Positions 56,253-64,000 of a DNA stretch of 64,000 bases are shown here, one piece after another. The first letter of the stretch is position 1. Each line of letters starts with the position of its first letter. The notes under the pieces are model-generated. The model saw nothing but the letters and a program-made list of their open reading frames with translations. It made no database searches and had not been told where the DNA came from. Source of the stretch: Anaerohalosphaeraceae bacterium (GTDB lineage Bacteria > Planctomycetota > Phycisphaerae > Sedimentisphaerales > Anaerohalosphaeraceae); assembly GCA_963675525.2 (NCBI GenBank), contig CAXXSL010000016.1:998007-1062006 (forward strand), given 5' to 3'. Both the position numbers and the translations under genes were made by a program.

Positions 56253-57707
56253 ATGAATCTCAAGCCGTTCGTCAAATCATTCGTTTTTATATCTATCTGC
56301 ATTTTATTACTTACAGCTTCCTCAGTCATGGCCGAGGATGCGATCCTCGACCAAATAGATCGGCTGCGAAGGGCTGCTAATCAGGACAACTATGCAGAGA
56401 CGATCGATAAATTTCAGCAGATCATCAAAGACCATCCGGCCACTGAGTATGCCATAAAGGCTCAAGCAGAGATTGCTTCGGTTTATGTTAAAGTTGGAAA
56501 TACTGTGGCTGCGGATGCTGCTGTTCAGAATTTGATTACCAACTATTCCAACGAGGATAGAGCCGGAAACTGTATCTGGCGGGTCGCCGCTCAGTATTCA
56601 CGTTCCGGCGAACAGGGAAAAGCTAAGGAATTGTGTGAAATGGCTTTAGCTATCTGGCCGAATCACTCCGAATACAAGCACACAGTATCCAAACTGGCGG
56701 AGGTTTCCATCCGTCAGGCGGGATTTGATAACACCGAGGCCGTTACGAAAGCGCTAATTGAGAAGTATCCTGATGACAAGGATATGATTCGAGATTATCT
56801 ACGACGAGAAGCAGCTCATTTTTCAAGATACGGGCATACCTCCCAGGCACAAAAAATGTCTCAAGCCATTCTTGAGAACTTCTCGGAGGATGAGGGCGAT
56901 ATATGGGCCCATGCGGGCGTGGTGTCATCCTGTTTGATACTCGGGGACACGTCGAAGGCCGAAGCTGTGGTTACCAAGTTGGTTTCCGGCTTTCAGGAAG
57001 ACACGGATTTTGCCGAAACTGTCAATTGGCTGGCCGGTCAGTATGTCAAAGCATCGGATACTACAAAAGCCATACAGTTATATCAGTCAGTTTTAAGTCA
57101 ACCTCAGGTATATCAGTCATCTTTAAGTAAGCATCCGGCTTCTTACTTCCAGCTTATTGCTCACAAGGGATTAGCTCGTATCTATATGAGTCTTGGTGAA
57201 ACCGCTAAGGTTGATGAGCAGCTTGATACGATTGAGCGTAATTATCGAGAAGAGTTTGGTTTCGGCGAAGCTGTTTTTGAAATCGCTGAAGACTATTGTT
57301 TGCGAGCCGAAGGAGCTTTGCAAGAGAACGATCCCAACCAGGTCGATATAAACTTTTCCAGGGCCATTGCAATTTGGCAGAGAAACATTGATCAATTCGA
57401 TGATCCGCGTCGTCAGTGTCATGCCTATTATTATACAGCGAATTGCTATCAAAAAATTGGGCAAATGGATAAGGCCGTTGAGTATTATCAGGAGGTTGTG
57501 ACGAAGTGGCCGGATTATGACAAAGCCTGGGATGCTCAATTTATGATTGGGCGCAGTTATGAAAAGCTTGCCGCATCAGGTCAGATGGATTCACTGACCG
57601 CTAGGACGCAAAGTAAGACGGCGTATCTGAAAGTGATTGAGAATTATGCGACCAGTCCTGCGGCAAACATCGCACGGCAGAAACTGACTAAAATGGAACA
57701 GGAGTAG
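56253..57707 (+). CDS. Secreted tetratricopeptide-repeat protein
   Basis: AAGGA RBS, signal peptide, repeated A...YQ.VV.KWP/AQF.IG.SY helical TPR motifs. Confidence 0.88.
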   Translation: MNLKPFVKSFVFISICILLLTASSVMAEDAILDQIDRLRRAANQDNYAETIDKFQQIIKDHPATEYAIKAQAEIASVYVKVGNTVAADAAVQNLITNYSNEDRAGNCIWRVAAQYSRSGEQGKAKELCEMALAIWPNHSEYKHTVSKLAEVSIRQAGFDNTEAVTKALIEKYPDDKDMIRDYLRREAAHFSRYGHTSQAQKMSQAILENFSEDEGDIWAHAGVVSSCLILGDTSKAEAVVTKLVSGFQEDTDFAETVNWLAGQYVKASDTTKAIQLYQSVLSQPQVYQSSLSKHPASYFQLIAHKGLARIYMSLGETAKVDEQLDTIERNYREEFGFGEAVFEIAEDYCLRAEGALQENDPNQVDINFSRAIAIWQRNIDQFDDPRRQCHAYYYTANCYQKIGQMDKAVEYYQEVVTKWPDYDKAWDAQFMIGRSYEKLAASGQMDSLTARTQSKTAYLKVIENYATSPAANIARQKLTKMEQE

Positions 57708-57723
57708 ATAAAGGGGCTTTGCC

Positions 57724-60700
57724 ATGAAATCAATCGTCATTATAGGATATATTAGTGTTTTTGCGGCACTTGCAATGGCGTGCACACCGTTGCCGCCTTA
57801 TGCAGAGATCACCAGCTATGATAATCCAGTTATAGAGGGACAAACTGCATTCTTTACGGGAAGTGGTTATACCCGTGACGGCGGATTGGTTTCTTATCAA
57901 TGGGATTTTCCTTCTCAGGCATACAATATACAGAATGATAAGACCACAAATGCCAGTTGCAAGTTTGATTCAGCAGGTTATTATTCTATTTCATTTACAG
58001 TCAAGAGTTCTACGGGTTTGAGTACGACTGAATGGTGTATAGTCACTGTTTTGGATGGTGGTCCATGGTATGTATCGGTTGACGGTGATGATGACAATGA
58101 TGGTCAATCCTGGACGAATGCTCTTCGAACAATCCAGACGGCAATTGATATTGCAGACGATGGGGAAACGATTTATGTCGCTTCGGGGATTGCTGAACCC
58201 GCAGTTTACTATGAGCAGTTGGATATGAAGGGGAAAAGTCTGAATATCCAAAGTGTGGATCAAAGTGGGGCTTTGAGCGACAGGGAGCGTGCTGAGAATA
58301 CGATTATTGATGCTCAGGAGCGGGGTACGGCGGTTGTTTATCGTGGGAATGAGGATAATGGAACAGGAGTAGCCCTGGAAGGCTTTACAATTACCGGTGG
58401 TGCGCCGACTGGTGAAGGACTGGCATTGCATCTGGAATTGAATGAAACCACAGGCTCTGCCGCAGCGGATTCATCCGGCAAGGGAAGAAATGGTGACCTT
58501 GTAAATGAACCGGACTGGGCGACAGATCGGAATGGAAACGGTGCATTGTTATTTGATGGTACGGATGATCATGTCGAAATAACTGAATATAAAGGTGTTG
58601 TGGGGGGAGGTTCTCGCACCTGTACAGCGTGGATCAAAACAACTGACAGTGTCGGTGAAATCTTATCTTGGGGTGAAGAATATTCTGGTGGCAGGTGGAT
58701 TGTCCGCATCAACGAGGGAGGGCAACTTCGTGCTGAAGTTCAAGGCGGCAATATTATCGGCACGACCATTATCAACGACGATGCGTGGCATCATGTTGCT
58801 GTTGTTGTAGAAAATGACGGTAGTCCGGATATTGAAGAAGCCAGATTATATGTGGATGGGCAACTCGAAACGATTAGTTATTCGGTTGATGAGCCAATCA
58901 ATACCGGCTCGGTTCAAAATGTGCTAATTGGTGTTTATTTTGAGGCAAACCTTCCCCGTTACTTCCAGGGCTTGATAGATGATGTCTGTATTTACAGCCG
59001 GGCACTGGGCTTAGATGAAATTGAAACGCTGGCCGGCCAGATATCCACCACGGATACAAGTCCTGTCGCTCACTGGAAGCTGGATGGAAATGCCAGTGAC
59101 TCTTCAGTTAATGACTTTGACGGAACGGTCCACGGCGGTCCGAGTTGGGAGAATGGCTACCTTGGTCAGGCGTTAGATTTTGATGGGGACGGGGATTATA
59201 TTAGTATTGATGACTCAAACGATCTTAGCTTTACTGATACAGATGATAAACCTTTCTCAATAAGTCTCTGGGTTAATTTTGATGATATGACCGCGGCACC
59301 TTTGGTTTCGAAAGGAGGAGATGGTTCTGGAAGAGAATATCTTATCTATACCGGGGGGGCGGATATTATGAATTTCAGACTTTATGATGATAGTACCGGC
59401 GGTTATTTAAACAAGAGGTATGAAACTGCTCTCACAAATTATGAAGGGCAGTGGACTCACTGGGTTTTTACTTATAATGGAAATGAGACTAGCGATGGAA
59501 TGGCTTTTTATCTTAATGGAGATCGAGTAGATGATTCAAATTCTGATTCCGGAACTTATTTGGGGATGGAAAATCTCGGAAATGATCTTTTGATTGGTAA
59601 AGATGATATTGTTGGTTTAAGCTTGAGCGGTTCAGTTGATGATGTGCGGATTTATGACTATGATTTGAGTGCTGCTGGGGCAAAAGGTCTCTATGAGACT
59701 CGGTTTTCCGACGGCGGCGGCATTAAAGGTCACGGTGCGTCTGCTAACATCTCTAAATGCATCATTAAAGATAATGCTTCTGAAACCGATGGCGGCGGAA
59801 TGGATGGTGTTAATGGTGTGATTTCTCATAGTTATATTATGGGTAACACGGCTGCCGGAAACGGCGGAGGCTTGTCGGGTTGTAACGGCGATATGAGTAA
59901 CTGTGTTATCGCGAAGAATGCCGCTCTGAATGCAGGAGCAATGGACGGTTGCGATGGGGATATTTTAAGCTGTACGATTGCTGATAATGCTGCTGTACTT
60001 ATCGGCGGCGGTCTTCAGGATTGCGGCGGTTCCATTGTGAATTCGATTTTGTGGAATAACCGTGATAATTCCGGTCTTTCGCAGGAGTCACAAATCAGGG
60101 ACTGCACGGCGGCCATTTCCTTCAACTGCATCCAGTACTGGTCCGGCATCGGAACAGGAAATAGCAGCGGCGATCCCAATTTTGTCAATCACAATGCCGG
60201 GGACTATCATCTGGATGCGGCCTCGATGTGCATTAATATTGTTGAACCGAATTCGATTTACGCCGATCAGGTTGATCTGGACGGCAACCCCAGAGCCGAA
60301 GGCCATGACTTAAGAATTGATTTAGGGGCTTATGAATTTCAGCAGAAAATATGGTATGTTAAAACCGACGGCAGCGATACAAATAACGGCAAATCATGGA
60401 ACACGGCGTTTGCGACGATCCAAAAAGGAATCGATGCAGCAAGTGATAATGATATTGTTATTGTTGCGAATGGAACGTATACCGGTGAGGGCAATCGAGA
60501 CGTTTTCATTAGCGGCAAAGCCATTGTGGTCCGAAGCCAGGACGGGCCGCAAGAGTGTATTATTGATTGTGAGGGGGCCGAATCGGAACCACATCGAGGA
60601 TTCTGTTTCTATACCGGAGAAGGAGCTGACCCTAATGATTCCATTCTGGATGGTTTTACGATTAAGAATGGTTATGCACCCATTACTTATGGATCAAGTA

Positions 60701-63700
60701 GCGGGGGGGGCGATAAGATGTTATCTCAGCAGTCCAACAATACGGAATTGCCTTATTGAAAATAATACTGCGGCTCAAGATGGGGGTGGGATATTTATAG
60801 ACTATGGCAGTAATGGCGTAAATCCGACGATCGCCAATTGCATTTTTACCAATAATGAGGCTTCACTAAATGGGGGAGGAGTATATACTAAGGGCAGCAG
60901 CAACAATCATACTCAGATTATTAATTGTACTTTTGTAGCGAATCATGCTGAAGGAGACGGGGGTGGCTTATATACTAATGCGAATTCTGAACTTGTAAAT
61001 AGTATTTTCTGGAACAACACGGAATCAACAGGTACCTCTCAGATATATCCTTCAACACTAGCAGTAACTTATAGCTTTGTCGAAGGTGGGTATAATGGTG
61101 CAGGAAACATAGGGATTGACCCGAACGATCCTTGTTTCGTCGATCCGGATGGACCGGACGACACATACGGTACATTCGACGACAATTTCAGATTGTCTGC
61201 CGGAGCACCCTGTATTGATGCGGGGACTAATGATGTAAACGATTTGCCAGGAATGGATATCGCCGGTTTGTTGCGTGTTTCAGATGGAAATGACAACGGT
61301 GACGCGATTGCGGATATGGGGGCGTATGAGTACCGGTTTAACCATGCTCCCATTGCCAAGGATGACCCGAGTTTGACCGGTCAATCGATTGAATGTAGCG
61401 AAGACGGGTCGGTGACGATCAATGTCTTAGCCAACGATTCAGACCCGGAAGGTGACGATCTGTGTGTCGACCCGAATGTAGTACAACCGGCACATGGTAC
61501 GGCTGTGGTCAGTAATGGCGGCCTGACGATTACTTATACTCCGGACCCCTATTTTTCCGGCGGCGATTCGTTTCAGTATCGGGCATTCGATGGTCAACTG
61601 GAATCAAACTGGGCAACCGTAACGTTGAATGTACAGCAGAGCGGCCAACCGCCGGTGGCGCAGGATGATGAAATGACGATTGTCAGGGGGACGACGGAAA
61701 TTGTTATTGACGTTCTGGCCAATGACACCGACGCCGATCCGGGCGATACGTTGTCGGTTTTCTCCTGCGGGTTGGCGGTGCATGGTGAGGTTGTCAATAA
61801 CGGCGTGGATGTTACGTATCGGCCGGCGGCGGGGTATAGCGGGACGGACAGCTTCAGTTATACGGTTTGTGACAGCGGGGGGTTGTCGGATGAGGCGACG
61901 GTTGTGGTGTACGTCATGGGCGTTGACGCCGGAGTGGATCAGGCGATTGAATTGCCTAATTGTCGGGCGTTTTTGGATGGGGCTGTTGCGGGAATCCCTG
62001 CCGGAGCGACGATTGGCTGGGATGTACTGGATAAGCCGCTCGGGGCGGGGGTTGGGTTTGGTTCGTATACGGTCGAATCGCCGGATACGGTGGCGGAGTT
62101 TTCGCTGCCGGGAACGTATGTTGTGGAGCTTGAGGTTGATTGGCAGGGCATAAATGCTCGGGATCTGGCGGTGGTCACGGTGCGGGCGAGCGAGAAAGCG
62201 GGCAACCGGCCGCCGCGGGTGCAGGCCTGGGCGGAACCGAGTGAACTGACTCTGCCGGATAACACTGCGACGCTGAATTGGGCGGTATCGGACGATGGCG
62301 TATCCAGGGGATTGTCGCAGTGGTGGGAGGTTGTCGACAGCCCGATAGCCGGGGAGGTGTTGTTTGGGACGTACACGGCGCAATCACGGACGGCGGCGGT
62401 GTCCTTTTCGGCGGACGGCGTGTATGTTCTCCGATTGACGGTTTCGGATGGTATCGACCAGACAACGGCCGCGATATTGATTTGCGTCAATCCCGATGGC
62501 CAGGCGAATACACCGCCTACTGTGGATGCCGGGCCGAATCGGCAGGCCTCGTTGTTAGCAGGGCCGCAGAGCATCACACTGAACGATCCGAATGTCATCG
62601 CGATGGATCCGGACGCGGGGCCGCAGCCGTTGGCCATTCAATGGACGATTCTCAATGATACATCCGGTATCGGGTTTACTTTCGCGTCGGATATTTTGAA
62701 CCCAACACTGATCGTTACAAAGCCGGGCCAGTATGTTTTGCAGTTGGCGGCCGGCGATGGTGCCGCGACGGTGACCGATACCATGGCAATATCGACCGCC
62801 AGTGTGATGGTCGATGCCGGCCCGGATGCACTGGTTATTCTGCCGGACGGAGATGGGGAGGAAGTGATGCATGCGTTGTCGGGGTGGTGTGAAAGTCAGC
62901 CTGCCGGATTATACAGCTATACGGAGTGGGAGGTCATGGTGCAGCCGGACTCGAGCAATGTGCAGTTTGATCCGGTTCTGCCTGCGGTATCTGTGTGGGA
63001 CCCCAATGTGACGTTTACAAAATCCGGTGATTATGTCTTTAAACTGACAGCGAAAGATTCACAGGGCGAGGAAGTCGGCTCTGACGAGGTCTATATCAAG
63101 GTCAAATTCGCCAGTCAGGAGTATACGACGTACTTGTATTTATATGATCTTGACTTGGCAGGCAAAAGGGAGTGGGAGGTAAATTATGGCGAACCTTTAG
63201 GGTCCTGTCCTGCTGCCAATCTTGTCTTTTCCAGCTATGAAGAGGACACAAAAATAGCCTATCAGGCAGTCGATCCAAACGGTATTTTAGGCCTGCTATA
63301 TGATGCCAACCCGAATGTTGTGGATGCGAATCTAATTGATCCCTCCGGGGCGGCGCATATGCAGAAAGGTCAATATTCTTATGTTGATGGCGAAGACGGT
63401 GTTTATAAGGTTACCAGTACGAACAAAAAGTTTACTGTTTTGGCTGGTGATGTTATGCGTGACTCAACGTCAGGTTATTTTGTAATGAGCAAAAACGGCC
63501 TTGGGTTGATAAAGAGTTTTATTCTCACATAGGAAGAGATACTTGGAATGGAAGACGTCTTGTTGTCTTTTCTTATCAGGATAATACGCATATAACGATT
63601 AAATGGGATTCCAACAAAGATGGTATATGTGATGATTCTGACCCAAATTTGATTATGCAGAAATATGATTTACTGACAGGCGCCACTGAAGATATTATAA

Positions 63701-64000
63701 TGGATGATTACCTACTCAATGAGGGCGATCATGTCTATCGAATCCCTGATGATAATAATATCTACATTCATGTTCTGGCGGACAAACCAATATCTGTTGA
63801 GCAGTGCAACGATAGTGGTTTTTATGTTCCGTCGTCCAACGGTCAATGGGTCGGTCAAAACTTTAATGTTTATGTCGATTCTATTGCAGATGAGAATCTT
63901 GAGGGTACTATCTATGCTTATATAGCTCCATTAGCTGTTTTTGCCCATGAGAACGGCACGGAAGTGTCCATTAGACAGAATGCTATCGGGGACAAGAGTC
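57724..64000 (+). CDS. Giant modular surface protein (PKD, beta-helix units, 2x LamG, cadherin-like Ig, PKD repeats); frameshifts at about 60705 and 63510; runs off the window
   Basis: Signal/lipobox-like LAMAC, SYQWDF PKD, WYVSVDG..DGQSW..A..TIQ, LamG motifs, DLGAYE/DMGAYE, INVLANDSD, VDAG..GTYV; the frame from about 63514 is open to 64000. Confidence 0.85.

Overview
64-kb accessory mosaic region, most likely from an anaerobic planctomycete (Phycisphaerae/Sedimentisphaerales-like). The taxonomy is inferred from gene style: PEP-CTERM protein, C-terminal dockerin-like EF-hand pairs, ECF sigma/FecR-NPCBM pair, and a planctomycete-type integrase. Many frameshifts fall at homopolymers, which points to long-read indel errors. 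Layout: (1) 1-5.5 kb type IV pilus/T2SS-like cluster (four pilin-like genes, fused PilM-PilN, PilO, PilP, no adjacent secretin) plus a histidine kinase. (2) 5.5-10 kb tyrosine integrase, a candidate small RNA with its own promoter and terminator, a beta-propeller gene bracketed by 60-bp repeats, and a NERD gene shaped like an integron cassette. (3) 10-21 kb GH3/GH2/GH29/beta-helix block ending at a tRNA-Gly 3' fragment. (4) 21.4-52 kb transporter-less xylan/arabinoxylan utilisation locus: ECF sigma, carbohydrate-binding anti-sigma, PEP-CTERM protein and a paralog-domain LamG protein, then about 11 CAZyme genes (many GH43, GH30, GH8-GH31, GH43-GH127, CE1), the first two carrying dockerin-like tails. 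(5) 52-56 kb decayed fragments (GH130, group II intron RT, beta-lysine acetyltransferase, otsA, two integrases) around an intact ptsI and an attP-like tRNA-Phe fragment. (6) 56-64 kb TPR protein and the 5' part of a giant modular surface protein. All family calls come from motif recognition by eye; no database search was run.
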